Positions 43,576 to 54,345 of a stretch of DNA of 64,000 nt are shown here, one piece after another. Each line of letters begins with the position of its first letter. Within the stretch, counting starts at the first letter, position 1. The notes under the pieces are model-generated. The model was not told where the DNA came from and searched no databases. It was given only the letters and a program-made list of their open reading frames with translations. This stretch comes from an uncultured Alphaproteobacteria bacterium (GTDB taxonomy: Bacteria > Pseudomonadota > Alphaproteobacteria > ATCC43930 > CGMCC-115725): positions 56,847 through 120,846 of the forward strand of contig CAVTUM010000002.1 of assembly GCA_963737875.1 (NCBI GenBank), given 5' to 3'. Made by a program: the position numbers and the translations under genes.

Positions 43576-45165
43576 TTAGAACTTCACGCCGAACTTGCTG
43601 ATCAGCACGTTCTCGTCGCCCTTCAGGCTGCTGAGCGCAACGCGGTGGCCGTACATGTACTCAAGGCCGACATCAACAAACGGAACCGGGTTCCAGATGA
43701 TGTTGGCGTGCGCCGTCATCACGCTTTTGTTCAGGCCGCAATTGCCCGTGCCGGCCAAAGCCGCCGCTGAGAAGGCGTTGCAACCCGCCGCCCGCGAACT
43801 GACGTCGTGCTCCATGATGCCAAAGGTGATGTTCGAGCGCAGGTTTGGCATCCACCAATGAGCGTAGGCCACCGCACCGCCCCACGAGACCGTCGGGTTG
43901 ATCAGCACGTTCGCCGCCGCCGCCGCCGAGGCCGGGGTCGCCGCCGCCGGATAGTTGCTGACCAGCGCGAAGTTGTTGCCGGAGTTCAGGTAGCGGCCGA
44001 GGGCGCTGCCGTAGGTGAACTGGAAGGTGATGTCGTCCTTCGCCCAGCCGAACCAGCCCGGCTTGACGTCGCCGCCAAAGTGGATGCCCCAGCCGACAAA
44101 ATCACGATTGACGAAGGCACCGTCCTTGAACTGCAGGCCGGGACGGACAACCGCGCTGTAGTCCAAGTGGCCCCACGGCTGCGGGATGTACCAGGCCGCG
44201 GTAAGGTCAGGCGCATTTGCCTTGGTCGGGTTCACCGTACCAGCCGGGAACGTGCCGGCCGGCGACGCACCCGAAGCATCCGACGCGATGATGCCCGCAC
44301 CGGTGACGACATCGGTTTCCGGTGTTTCGACCGATACCGACAACGCACCCGGCACACTCCACGCCGCCAGTGGCTGCGTGTAACGGAGCTGCGGGATACG
44401 CGTGACGCCGGGGCTGCCGACATCACCGGAGAAGTCGATCACTTCGGCGTTGGCATCAGGATCGGAGAAGTTCGAGTTGGCCTGACCGGCGAGCCACCCG
44501 CCCAATGTACCGTAGGCAAAGCGCAGGCGGGGAATGAGGTTGTCGGACACCGAGGTCGGGCTCGCACCGCCGGGCGCGAACGCCGTCGAACCGGCCCAGT
44601 CCCATTCCATAAAGGTCCGCGCCTCGCCCCACGCGGTCGGCGTGCGGGTTTCGAAGTTGATCTTCGATTCACGCGGGCTCTGGTTAAAGATCGCGTCGCC
44701 GCGCGAGCGGGCCGGGTTGCCGGCAAGGCCAATGCCGCTGGGCGAGGCCGCATTCAGGCCGCTATGCACGTGCAGCGGGATCGTCTGCACCTGACCTGTC
44801 GCACCGGGGCCGGTGTTCTGCGGCGAGTTGTTCGGATTGCCGCCGGTGAACCAGTAATTCATGATCTCGCGGATTTCGCCGCCGATCCGGATCGAGGTGT
44901 CGGTGCCCGGGATCAGAAACGACCGCGGAAAGCTGCCGCCGAGGCTCGGCGCCGCGGCTGCCGGGTTGACCGGGCCGCCGCCGTAAGGGCTGCCCGAGGC
45001 TGGAATCTGTGACAGCTGGTCGAGACGCCGTTGGAGAACCTCCTGGTTGGCGCGAAGGTCTGCCAGTTCGTCGGCCTTGGCTGACTGCAGGCCCGATAAC
45101 AAGGCGATTGCGGCGGTCATTCCGCCGAGCGCCGCCATCGTGGCGATAGTCCGCTTTGTGCTCAT
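43576..45165 (-). CDS. Outer-membrane porin (alphaproteobacterial Porin_2-like beta-barrel) with N-terminal coiled-coil segment
   Basis: Signal peptide MSTKRTIATMAALGGMTAAIALLSGLQSAKA; LIPGTDTSIRIGGEIRE matches porin_2 IPGTDT motif; C-terminal …KFGVKF aromatic terminus. Confidence 0.75.
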   Translation of the reverse strand: MSTKRTIATMAALGGMTAAIALLSGLQSAKADELADLRANQEVLQRRLDQLSQIPASGSPYGGGPVNPAAAAPSLGGSFPRSFLIPGTDTSIRIGGEIREIMNYWFTGGNPNNSPQNTGPGATGQVQTIPLHVHSGLNAASPSGIGLAGNPARSRGDAIFNQSPRESKINFETRTPTAWGEARTFMEWDWAGSTAFAPGGASPTSVSDNLIPRLRFAYGTLGGWLAGQANSNFSDPDANAEVIDFSGDVGSPGVTRIPQLRYTQPLAAWSVPGALSVSVETPETDVVTGAGIIASDASGASPAGTFPAGTVNPTKANAPDLTAAWYIPQPWGHLDYSAVVRPGLQFKDGAFVNRDFVGWGIHFGGDVKPGWFGWAKDDITFQFTYGSALGRYLNSGNNFALVSNYPAAATPASAAAAANVLINPTVSWGGAVAYAHWWMPNLRSNITFGIMEHDVSSRAAGCNAFSAAALAGTGNCGLNKSVMTAHANIIWNPVPFVDVGLEYMYGHRVALSSLKGDENVLISKFGVKF

Positions 45166-45436
45166 TGCTCCCCCAAGCGTCAAAATGTCTGTGGTAATGG
45201 CCGCGCGAAGAACACGCGTTCCTCTCACCCGATGATATTTGTCGTGGCGCGGCGATCAAGCGAGGTTTGGTCGTCTCGTGGTGTTTTCGTCTCATCGTGG
45301 CCAACGTGCAACATATTAAGCTATCTGAATCAGATTGCGGCCACGACCGGGCTGCATCAATGGACATCGGGTGCGCGGCAAGTTCCGTGATCATGCAGCG
45401 CGACCGGCGCCGCGGTAACCGCGACGCGGGTGCCGG

Positions 45437-46009
45437 CTAGAATTTGAAACCGATCCGGCCGCCGACGCTGGTGATGCCGGCATTGTGCCGGCCGAGGTCG
45501 GCGTTCGACATGTGGTCGAGCATCGCGGAGACGCTGATCACCGGGGTGATCTGGTAGCCAAGCTCCGCGCTTTCGCGGAACAGAATGCGGGACCCGAGCC
45601 GCTTGCGACCGGGGGGAGCCGTGTCGATGTAGCCGTCCTGGATGGCGCCGCCGAAACTTCCGCTGATGAAGATGCCGTCATTCGGGTTGACAACCCCCTG
45701 AACCAGCGTCGCGCTCCAGGTCAGCCCGAAATAACCGTTGCTGGTCATGCCATTGGTGTTGATGTCGCCACCGACATGCAGCCGCGGCGAGCCGATGATC
45801 TTGAGAATGTCGGGCGATGTGAACAGCACTTCGAGGTTGACGTTCGGGCCGGTCTCGACGTGATGCGTCAGAAACCCGACATCGTGTGCCAGTCCCCCCA
45901 GCTTCACTTCATCGATCACCCTGTCGTCGGCAACCGCCGGCAATGGCGAGATGGCACTGAGCACTGCGCAAGGCACGACAAAGCAAAGAACCCGCAGCGC
46001 AGGAGACAA
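45437..46009 (-). CDS. PagL-like outer-membrane lipid A deacylase / acyloxyacyl hydrolase family protein
   Basis: 190 aa with signal peptide; LDHMSNADLG…GRIGFKF matches PagL HxS catalytic dyad context and C-terminal Phe. Confidence 0.6.
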   Translation of the reverse strand: MSPALRVLCFVVPCAVLSAISPLPAVADDRVIDEVKLGGLAHDVGFLTHHVETGPNVNLEVLFTSPDILKIIGSPRLHVGGDINTNGMTSNGYFGLTWSATLVQGVVNPNDGIFISGSFGGAIQDGYIDTAPPGRKRLGSRILFRESAELGYQITPVISVSAMLDHMSNADLGRHNAGITSVGGRIGFKF

Positions 46010-46119
46010 TTCTTTCTCCGGATTCGTTCATGGCCGGCAGGCGTGCGCAACCCGATGACGCTAGCGCACCCCACTGCCTCACGCCAATATCCGTTGCAAA
46101 CGCAGGGTTAGCAGGCATC

Positions 46120-46740
46120 TCAGCCGAACGGGTTGAGCGCCTTCAGGCGGGCCGACCAGCCATGCCGGCCAAGCTCGCGCCGCACCACCGCCATATCCGT
46201 CACCCAGTTCAGCTGCAGCACGCGACGCAAGCCGCGGTGCGGGTAATGGCCGTGAAACGACGCCTCACTGCGGCGGAATGCGACCATCGTGCCAGCCACC
46301 GGCGGCACCTCCACGGCATAGTCATCAAGGTCCCTGGCGCTGCGCAGAACCCGCAGCCGCCCCCCCGCCGCATCCCACCCGTCATTGAGGTAGAGCAGCA
46401 CAGTAATCAGCTTGGTCGACGAATCGGTATGGATGCGGCCGTCCTTGCCGTCGCTCTGGCCGCGCACCGTGATCATCGTCGGACGCCCGTCGAGGTCGAT
46501 CGTGAACTTGCCCTCGATCGCCCGGCGCAGAGCGTCACCTTCGAGTTCCTCGGCCAGTGCTGTAAAGGAGGCGCCGCCCGATAGTGAGGTCAACGGGTAG
46601 CTGCCGTGGCCGGCCACCGCCGGATAATCAGCGAACAAGGCGGGCAGGTGCTCGCGGTTGAGGAACCCCTCGACGATCACATAATCATAGGGGTCGCTGC
46701 GCAGCGGCGCGGCCCGCAACCGGTCCAAGTCGAGAATCAT
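46120..46740 (-). CDS. 2OG-Fe(II) oxygenase family protein
   Basis: MILDLDRLRAAPLRSDPYDYVIVEGFLNREHLP…GRIHTDSSTKLITVLLYLNDGWDAAGGRLRVL…HGHYP (HxD…H). Confidence 0.6.
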   Translation of the reverse strand: MILDLDRLRAAPLRSDPYDYVIVEGFLNREHLPALFADYPAVAGHGSYPLTSLSGGASFTALAEELEGDALRRAIEGKFTIDLDGRPTMITVRGQSDGKDGRIHTDSSTKLITVLLYLNDGWDAAGGRLRVLRSARDLDDYAVEVPPVAGTMVAFRRSEASFHGHYPHRGLRRVLQLNWVTDMAVVRRELGRHGWSARLKALNPFG

Positions 46741-46915
46741 GCGCGGCCCTGCCCGTGATGGCGCCCAAAGCGCGCCATCGTATCGCGGTGAGGGGTGTCG
46801 GCAACACCCGGTTTGGATCGCGCGGCGACACGCCATTTCCGCTCGCCCGCGGCTCGCCGCTGAGCTAGAGGTAGCGCGCCGCGCGAACGGCATTCCGCAA
46901 CCGTCGGATAGGGTC

Positions 46916-48660
46916 ATGGAACAGCGCTGGGGTGTGCCCCTGATCGCCTGGCCGTCGCGCTTGCGCCCCAATTACTGGGACCTGATCGCGCTGCCGATGG
47001 TGATCGGCCTGATTGCCCTGGTTGCCTGGGGCGGCATGGCGATGGGCGCGCATTACCAGATCGGCGACGCCCTGCCGATCTCGCTCGACCCCCGGCGCCT
47101 GCCGGAATACGCGCTGCGCACGGTATTGCGCATGGCGCTGGCGCTGGTCGCCTCGCTGTGGTTCAGCCTCGCCTATGCCGCCGTGGCGGCGAAAAGCCGG
47201 ACGGCCGAGAAGATCATGATCCCGGTGCTCGACATCCTGCAATCGGTGCCGATCCTCGGGTTTCTGTCGATCACGGTGACCGGCTTTATCGCCCTGTTTC
47301 CCGGCCGGCTGCTCGGCGTCGAATGCGCCGCGATCTTCGCGATCTTTACCTCGCAGGCGTGGAACATGACGTTCAGCCTGTACCAGTCGCTGCGCACCGT
47401 GCCGGGCGAACTGATCGAGGCGGCGCGCATGTACCACCTGACGTCCTGGCAGCGCTTTTGGCGGCTCGAAGTGCCGCACGCGGTGCCGGGGCTGGTGTGG
47501 AACATGATGATGTCGGTCTCGGGCGGCTGGTTCTTCGTCGTCGCCTCCGAGGCGATCACGGTATCCGGCCAGTCGATCATGCTGCCCGGCATCGGCTCCT
47601 ATATCGCGACGGCCATCGCCGAGCGCGACCTCGCCGCGATCTTCTATGCCGTGCTGGTGATGCTGGTCGTCATCCTGCTGTACGACCAGCTGCTATTCCG
47701 TCCGCTCCTCGCTTGGTCCCGCAAGTTCCGCGGCGATGATGCCAGTGACGAGGAGGACAACCCGCGCCCGTGGTTTCTGATCGTGCTGCAGCGCGCCCGC
47801 GTTTTCGACCTGCTGCAGGTGGCGGTGCGGCGGGTGAACCTGGTGTTCGACTACGGCTTGTCGGCGGTCGGGCGCAGCCTGCCCCGGCGCCGCCGGGCGC
47901 CGCGGCCGCACGCGACATGGGTCGAGCGCGGCTTCGACGTCGTCCTGCTTGCTGCTGGCCGGCGCATCCGTCGTATGGATCGTGCGCTTTGTGCTGGAGA
48001 CGGTCTCGCTCGGCGAAATCGGCTGGACCTTCGTGCTCGGCGCGATCACCGCGGTGCGGGTGCTGGTGCTGATCGGGTCGGCGTCGGTGATCTGGGTGCC
48101 GATCGGGGTGTGGATCGGGCTGCGCCCGCGCATCGCCGACAAGGCGCAGCCGATCGTGCAGTTCCTCGCCGCCTTTCCGGCCAATTTGTTCTTCCCGGTC
48201 GCGGTCGTGCTGATCCTGCAAATTCAGCCTCAACCCGCAGATCTGGCTGAGCCCGCTGATGATCCTCGGGACGCAGTGGTACATCCTGTTCAACGTGATC
48301 GGCGGCGCCACGGCATTGCCGACGGAATTGCGGCTGGCGGCGAGCAATCTCGGCGTGCGGCGCTGGCTGTGGTGGCGTCGGGTGATCCTGCCGGCGATCT
48401 TCCCGGCCTATGTGACCGGCGCGGTGACCGCGGCCGGCGGCTCGTGGAACGCCAGCATCGTCTCCGAGGTCGTGCAGTGGGGCGACACGACGCTCAGCGC
48501 CACCGGCATCGGCGCTTACATCACCAAATACACCGCCGAGGGCGACGCCGCCCGCATCACCCTCGGAATCGGCGTGCTGTGTCTTTATGTTCTAGCCTTC
48601 AACCGCCTGCTGTGGCGCCGCCTCTACGAACTCGCCGCCGAACGGCTGCGCCTCGATTGA
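46916..48660 (+). CDS. Fused tandem ABC transporter permease (two NitT/TauT-type BPD_transp_1 domains), 2 frameshifts (~47950, ~48225)
   Basis: First domain …EAARMYHLTSWQRFWRLEVPHAVPGLVW…; second domain …RLAASNLGVRRWLWWRRVILPAIFPAYVTGAV… (EAA-like loops) in three ORF pieces. Confidence 0.75.
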
Positions 48661-48892
48661 CGAGCAATCTTGCGCAGGTATCGCCGCCGTGTCTTTGGGG
48701 CCTGATGGGGGCGCGCCGTTGCCCGATCTGCGCTGCCGTTGGGCCTGGTGGTGTCCCGCGGGGCCTCAAGGCCTGTTTGCCCACCCGGGGGCGAGCCGGG
48801 CTGGCACCGCGTTCAGAGGCGGTTTTTAAAGCGCCAGGGAGACAAAAAAAACTTGCGACAATCGGAATCAGCGGCTTCGATAAAGCCGATCG

Positions 48893-50164
48893 GTGGAACC
48901 CGGAGGGTGCTTAGTGGCTGATATAGCGCTGCTTTTTCAGGCTGACGATCCGCGGCTTCGCACGACGGTCGGGGTACGTGACGGTGAAACGATCGTGTTG
49001 AGCAACTCCGCGGCCGGGATCGGGCTCTATGGTCCATACGTCGATCTGCCGAGCGGCCGGTATCGCGCAAGGATCCGCTTCGCGGAAGCCCACGAAACGG
49101 CCGGCTCCGTCACCATGGATGTCTGTGAAGAGGCCGCGACAAAGATCATCAGTGCGGCCGAATTTGATCTCTCCAATCTGGCGCCGGGGAAGCGCGAAAT
49201 AGAACTGGCCTTTTCGCTCGATCGAGCCGCATCGCTGTGTGAAGTCCGGCTGTTCTGCGCCGCGGCGGTATCCGCGACGATCACCCGTATCGAGATTTTG
49301 TTTCTTGATTTCGAGGCGTCACTGGTTGGCTGGCTGGACCGCCTGGAGCGTCTTACGCACGGCGGACGAGCCACTTACGTCGGGAACAATCGCATCCTGG
49401 CAAGACTGGTCGTCGGAGACACGATCTTCGCCTTCCTGATGCCTGCCAATGATCTGCTAATCGTGCCGGCGACGATTGCACGCGGCGAGTATGAACCGGC
49501 GTTGACGCGGTATTTTACGCGGACCGTTGCGGGCACGGACCATTGCCTGGATGTCGGCGCAAACTACGGCTATTATACTTGTCTGATGGCGAGCCTCACG
49601 CCGGGTGGCAAGGTTCTCGGGATCGAGCCTGATGAGGCGATTTTCGCGTTGATGCGCGATAATCTTTACATAAATACCTTAGAACCGAGTGCGAAGGCGC
49701 TGCATGCCGCCGTGGCCGATCGCTCCGGACGATTGACGTTGCATCGCCGGTCGACCCGTTCCGGCAACACCAGCATCATCAAGTACACAAGTGACTATAC
49801 CGCCAGCGCCGGGGAACAGGCGGCGATGCCATTTGAGGTGGAATGCTTTGCGATCGATGATCTGTTGCCGCGTTTTGATGGCCGGATTGACATCGCCAAG
49901 ATCGATGTCGAAGGTGCGGAACCGCTGGTATTCCGCGGCGCTCGGCGAACAATTCACGAAAACCCGCAGATCAGGATAGTCATGGAATGGTCGCCTGGTC
50001 AGATTCGTGCAGCGGGTTTCGACGTAGGCGAATTTGTCACCGAGCTTACGAGTTTGCGGCTCGATGCCGCCATCATCGGTTCCGCCGGACCGGAGCCGGT
50101 TGCGTTAGCCGATCTCAGCCACACTTCTTACCATTCAGGCATTCTGCTCACGCCGAGATCATAA
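48893..50164 (+). CDS. FkbM-family methyltransferase with ~180-aa N-terminal domain of unknown function
   Basis: C-terminal 240 aa: DVGANYGYYTCLMASLTPGGKVLGIEPDEAIFALMRDNLYIN…IAKIDVEGAEPLVFRGAR (Methyltransf_21/FkbM). Start codon uncertain (possible GTG at 48914). Confidence 0.8.
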   Translation: MEPGGCLVADIALLFQADDPRLRTTVGVRDGETIVLSNSAAGIGLYGPYVDLPSGRYRARIRFAEAHETAGSVTMDVCEEAATKIISAAEFDLSNLAPGKREIELAFSLDRAASLCEVRLFCAAAVSATITRIEILFLDFEASLVGWLDRLERLTHGGRATYVGNNRILARLVVGDTIFAFLMPANDLLIVPATIARGEYEPALTRYFTRTVAGTDHCLDVGANYGYYTCLMASLTPGGKVLGIEPDEAIFALMRDNLYINTLEPSAKALHAAVADRSGRLTLHRRSTRSGNTSIIKYTSDYTASAGEQAAMPFEVECFAIDDLLPRFDGRIDIAKIDVEGAEPLVFRGARRTIHENPQIRIVMEWSPGQIRAAGFDVGEFVTELTSLRLDAAIIGSAGPEPVALADLSHTSYHSGILLTPRS

Positions 50165-50217
50165 TCTTCGCTAACACGTCACGGGCGTCCCCTATAATCA
50201 TCTGTTGCGTATCGCAG

Positions 50218-53200
50218 TTACGCCGACGTCCACTCAGCGGCACGTTCAAACACCACAGTGCTTGCCGGATCCTCATATTCCAAGACATAGGACTGCAAGC
50301 AGATCTGAAGGCCGGCATCAACCGAGAGCGTGAACTCGACACCGTCTTCAGCTCGTTCAATGACGAACTCCGTGTCCAGCAAGCAGCCGCTGGACGGGTT
50401 CACCCCCCAACTTAGCGTAACTTCATGTAGTACTTTCTCACCCTGGTTACTTGTCACGCGCAGATGCGCGCGTCCAGCTTCAATCCCCTCGCTGGTTCCG
50501 AAGCCGCGCAGACGGTGCGGACCGGGGGTGATACCTATATAGGGCCCGAAGGTCAGCACGCCCTCACGCCCGGTGGATTGGATATATCCATTGGCGTCAA
50601 AGCAACCGACCCGCGTCCTGAGCATTCCATCCTGCGAGCGGAACTGCCGCCGCTGTCGGGGAAAGTCAATATCAGGCCCGGTTTTCTGGCCGCGATGCAC
50701 GTCAAACTGGTGATGCAGGTGGAGCGAATAGAGCATATCGAAAAGCCGCCTCGACGATCGCTCGTAGGACGCTGCCGAAGAGATACCAGTCGCGCGGTCG
50801 ACCGCCGCTGTGACACGCGGGGCATGAGTTTCAAGTTCGACGACGAGAGCGGCGATCCCCACCGCCAAATCGCGGGCGCTACAGCCCGGCAGACGCAGAA
50901 CGGCGTCTTCGAGTTCGTCAAACACGGGGAGTGGCGTCACCGCTACCGGAACGCCTGAAACCAGGCAGAGGCGCGCCGCGCCGCTCGCGGAATTGCCGGT
51001 GCTGGGCTGGTAGGGCAACACAATCAGGTCGGCCTCGCGCAAATTGGCGAGGCTCTCATCATCCGTGAGGAAGTCGTTGATCAACGTCACCCGGTCCTGC
51101 ACACCCAGGGAGACGGCGAGTTCCCTGGCTCTCTGGATTAGATCACTGGACACAGGCTCGGGGTATTCCGCATTGACCAATAGGAGATGACCATCGAAAC
51201 CAGCTTCGGACATCAGAGCAAAGGCTTCGATCAGCTCAATCAGGCCTTTGTGTGGAAGAAAAAAGCCGTAACTTGCGATGACTCGCCGCGCGCCGAAGCG
51301 GCGGCGATCTCGGCGGGATGCGGCCAAGTCCGACCTATGGCTTGGATAAGGATGCGGGAACAACGTGACGTTTTCGACGACACCCATATCCTTCAAGCGG
51401 TTCATGTCCGCGATTGAATGCACCAGCACTCTTGAACACCGCGCCAGGAGGGGAGCGATGATTGCCAGTCGCTTAGTCTCGTCCGGATCGTTTTCGTGCG
51501 TTGCGTGGGTTACAAAAATGACGATACGGCCCTGTTTGATCAATTCTTCGATAAAGGTTCGTAGTTCGTGGAAAATAAAGAACGCGTAGTTGAATTGGAT
51601 AACGACAACATCACACGCTGCGGTCGAAATATCGGACAGAAGTCGGTTGAGGCTGCCGTCTGAGCGTGTCCAGTTTCGGGTTACGTTAGGCTCGTCATAC
51701 ATTTCCCGTTCGTCACTAAATGGAGCGAAGATGCGAACATCGGTGCGATTTTCTAAAAGATATTTCGAGTAGGAGGCAACGCCGCAACGAATGTTCCATG
51801 TCGTCACCCAGGCAACTTTCATGTCTGGGCATTGCCAGTCGGCAAAGCTGATGAGGTCCGCGACGTATTGTTGCAGCCGCCAGGCGACATGATCCCACGA
51901 GAAGGACGCTCGAAGGGTATCGATGGCTGCCGTGGTTCGCCGCTGGATCTCCCTTCGCGGCGCGCTGCGGACCTGTCGCATCACGGCAGCCAAATGATCG
52001 ACGCTGGGCTCAGCCCAGACTGATCCTGGCAGGTTGAAATGGCTTCTGGCGCGCGCGAATTTGAAGTCGACGAGCCAGGCCGTCTCGTCACTGCAGAAGT
52101 CAAGATTGCCGCTCCAACCCGTGGCAATTACGGGCAGCCCGTGCACCATCGCTTCCGCCGCAGGCAGGCCGAATCCTTCTGCCCTGCTTGGAGCGACAAG
52201 GGCATGGCACTGGAGGTAGAGCGCATTGATTTCAGCGTCGGACAAATCATCATCAATCAAGACGACATCCGGGTAATCGATATCCTCTGCCTGGAGACGG
52301 GCCAGATCTTCGGCCACGGTGTTGTGCGGATTGGGGGCGGTTTTTATGATGAGCGATACGTCTTCCTGGCGGCGAAATGCCTTGCCATAAGCCGTTAACA
52401 GGCAGTCGACCCCCTTGCGCGGCAGGCACGACGAGATGTGCAGGAAACGATATGCCTTAGCCTGGATGCGGAAATTTGAATTTGGCCGGACCCGATCCCA
52501 GTGATCAATTCCATTGCCTGTCACCGACGTAGGCAGTCGAATCCCATGGTCGATCATCACCTTCTGAACGTGTCGTGACAGACACGTGAGGCCGTTCAAG
52601 CCCGTATTGAAATCGTCCAGCCACTGTTGCGGGAAACCGGCTTCCTCCCAGGCGTAATGATGGAACAGATTAATCGCTCCATTCATCCGTGTGACCCTTG
52701 GCGGATAAACAAGGCGGCTGACGACGGTGAATTCGGCGTCGGCGTCGGCGTCGCGTCCGCGGCTGTGCAAGCGCGCGATGTCGGGAGTTCGGCTTAAGAA
52801 CTCGGGATCAGGGTCGAAGTCGCCTGGTCCTTCCGTCGAAAACAACGATGTATCGACCCCCTGACGGTTTAGGGCCCGAGCGGTTTCCCGATTGACCAGC
52901 GCGAGGCTGTAGCTGGAGTTGAATGGCCCCTCCACACGCCATGTCGGTCGAACAAGCGCCGTAGACGTGGCGTGGGCCGTCGCAGTATCGAGATTGGTCT
53001 GGAGCAGCATACCAGTCGCTGTTCTGCCAGCCTCGTCGACGTCATATTGATCGAGAACCGCTGAGACCGAGCCGACGGCACGAATATACGCGAAATGGGG
53101 CAGGCTCGCGGCGATCAGAGGATGACGCGCCGCCCGCTGTGACAATCGCTGCTCCAGGTTGTCGATTAACCGACTCGCCGTTCGATCCCAGGAAAACTCC

Positions 53201-54345
53201 CGCGCCCGGGCCAGGCCAAACGCAACGATTTCGGCCCGATAGTCAGGTTGCTCCAGCACGAAGAGTATCTTATCGCACAGCTTGACAGCATTATCAGGGT
53301 CGAAGAGCAGGTCCGATCGGCCGACGACCTCCGGCAGACTTGTCCGATCCGATGACAATACCACTGCACCGGACGCCATCGCCTCCAGCACCGGCAGCCC
53401 AAATCCTTCGCTGAACGAAGGAAATATGAATATCACACAATTTCTATACAGAGCGCGCAGCTGAGGTTCTGAAAGGAAGTCTGTAAAGACAAACTTGTTC
53501 TTATGGTCGATCCCTAAATCATCCGCAAGGCGTTGCATTCGCTCGTGATCTGTCAGATTTATTTTTCCGACAAATACGATCTTTAACTTCGTTTTGTGTG
53601 TTTCCGGCAACAGCGAAAATGCACGGACGATGATTTCTGGGTTTTTTCTAGGTTCAAGCGATCCAACGTATAGTAAATATCCTTCGTGTATCCCCATGCG
53701 TAAGAGTAATTCATCATCATTTTGGTTGTGATCTTCTTTTTCTAAAGTGTATTCCGATGCGGCCGAAATATTACAAACATTATGTGCGGAAAACTCTCTG
53801 ACAATGCATTTTTCTGTGTATTCGGAATTAGAAAAGATAAGATCGCAATCGAGCAATTGGCGAAGTTTTTCTAAATACCATGAGCTGGCGACATCATTGC
53901 CAATATAGAGATGACGATCGTAGAAGGGGATCAGGTCATGGGCAATTACGCAATTTTCGTAAACGGAATTGCGGAACGATGACGATACGATGTCATCGTC
54001 GAACCCTTCGATGATGGACGGATTGAGCACGAAATCGGGCCGCAGCAGCGCAAGGCTATACCCCCTGATATGTTCCGAGACCTTTCTTTTCCAGGTGTTG
54101 GCGAGATTGGAGAAATTGATCTTATCAAAAACAGAGAAAACAAAAAAACGATTTGCCGGAAGCAGATCCAAAAAGTAGGCCCGGATCTCGTCCACCTCTG
54201 CCTTTGACTGGTTTCTTACGGCAATCCAGATTTCGTGATCCCCTCGATTGCGCAGCACTGCACGGGTCAATGAACTTGCATATCGGCCTATCCCTCTAAA
54301 TTTGCTTAGTCCTTGGATGGCTTGTAGATCAATGAGGAGCCGCAT
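50218..54345 (-). CDS. Multidomain glycosyltransferase: three GT4 (GT-B, EX7E) modules plus C-terminal ~170-aa non-catalytic domain
   Basis: 1375 aa intact; three repeats of GT4 C-terminal motif (…FIFPSFSEGFGLPVLEAMASG…; …LVAPSRAEGFGLPAAEAMVHGLPVI…; …LIVLPYQPSTGNSASGAARLCLVSGVPV…). Start codon overlaps stop of upstream gene by 17 nt. Confidence 0.85.
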   Translation of the reverse strand: MRLLIDLQAIQGLSKFRGIGRYASSLTRAVLRNRGDHEIWIAVRNQSKAEVDEIRAYFLDLLPANRFFVFSVFDKINFSNLANTWKRKVSEHIRGYSLALLRPDFVLNPSIIEGFDDDIVSSSFRNSVYENCVIAHDLIPFYDRHLYIGNDVASSWYLEKLRQLLDCDLIFSNSEYTEKCIVREFSAHNVCNISAASEYTLEKEDHNQNDDELLLRMGIHEGYLLYVGSLEPRKNPEIIVRAFSLLPETHKTKLKIVFVGKINLTDHERMQRLADDLGIDHKNKFVFTDFLSEPQLRALYRNCVIFIFPSFSEGFGLPVLEAMASGAVVLSSDRTSLPEVVGRSDLLFDPDNAVKLCDKILFVLEQPDYRAEIVAFGLARAREFSWDRTASRLIDNLEQRLSQRAARHPLIAASLPHFAYIRAVGSVSAVLDQYDVDEAGRTATGMLLQTNLDTATAHATSTALVRPTWRVEGPFNSSYSLALVNRETARALNRQGVDTSLFSTEGPGDFDPDPEFLSRTPDIARLHSRGRDADADAEFTVVSRLVYPPRVTRMNGAINLFHHYAWEEAGFPQQWLDDFNTGLNGLTCLSRHVQKVMIDHGIRLPTSVTGNGIDHWDRVRPNSNFRIQAKAYRFLHISSCLPRKGVDCLLTAYGKAFRRQEDVSLIIKTAPNPHNTVAEDLARLQAEDIDYPDVVLIDDDLSDAEINALYLQCHALVAPSRAEGFGLPAAEAMVHGLPVIATGWSGNLDFCSDETAWLVDFKFARARSHFNLPGSVWAEPSVDHLAAVMRQVRSAPRREIQRRTTAAIDTLRASFSWDHVAWRLQQYVADLISFADWQCPDMKVAWVTTWNIRCGVASYSKYLLENRTDVRIFAPFSDEREMYDEPNVTRNWTRSDGSLNRLLSDISTAACDVVVIQFNYAFFIFHELRTFIEELIKQGRIVIFVTHATHENDPDETKRLAIIAPLLARCSRVLVHSIADMNRLKDMGVVENVTLFPHPYPSHRSDLAASRRDRRRFGARRVIASYGFFLPHKGLIELIEAFALMSEAGFDGHLLLVNAEYPEPVSSDLIQRARELAVSLGVQDRVTLINDFLTDDESLANLREADLIVLPYQPSTGNSASGAARLCLVSGVPVAVTPLPVFDELEDAVLRLPGCSARDLAVGIAALVVELETHAPRVTAAVDRATGISSAASYERSSRRLFDMLYSLHLHHQFDVHRGQKTGPDIDFPRQRRQFRSQDGMLRTRVGCFDANGYIQSTGREGVLTFGPYIGITPGPHRLRGFGTSEGIEAGRAHLRVTSNQGEKVLHEVTLSWGVNPSSGCLLDTEFVIERAEDGVEFTLSVDAGLQICLQSYVLEYEDPASTVVFERAAEWTSA

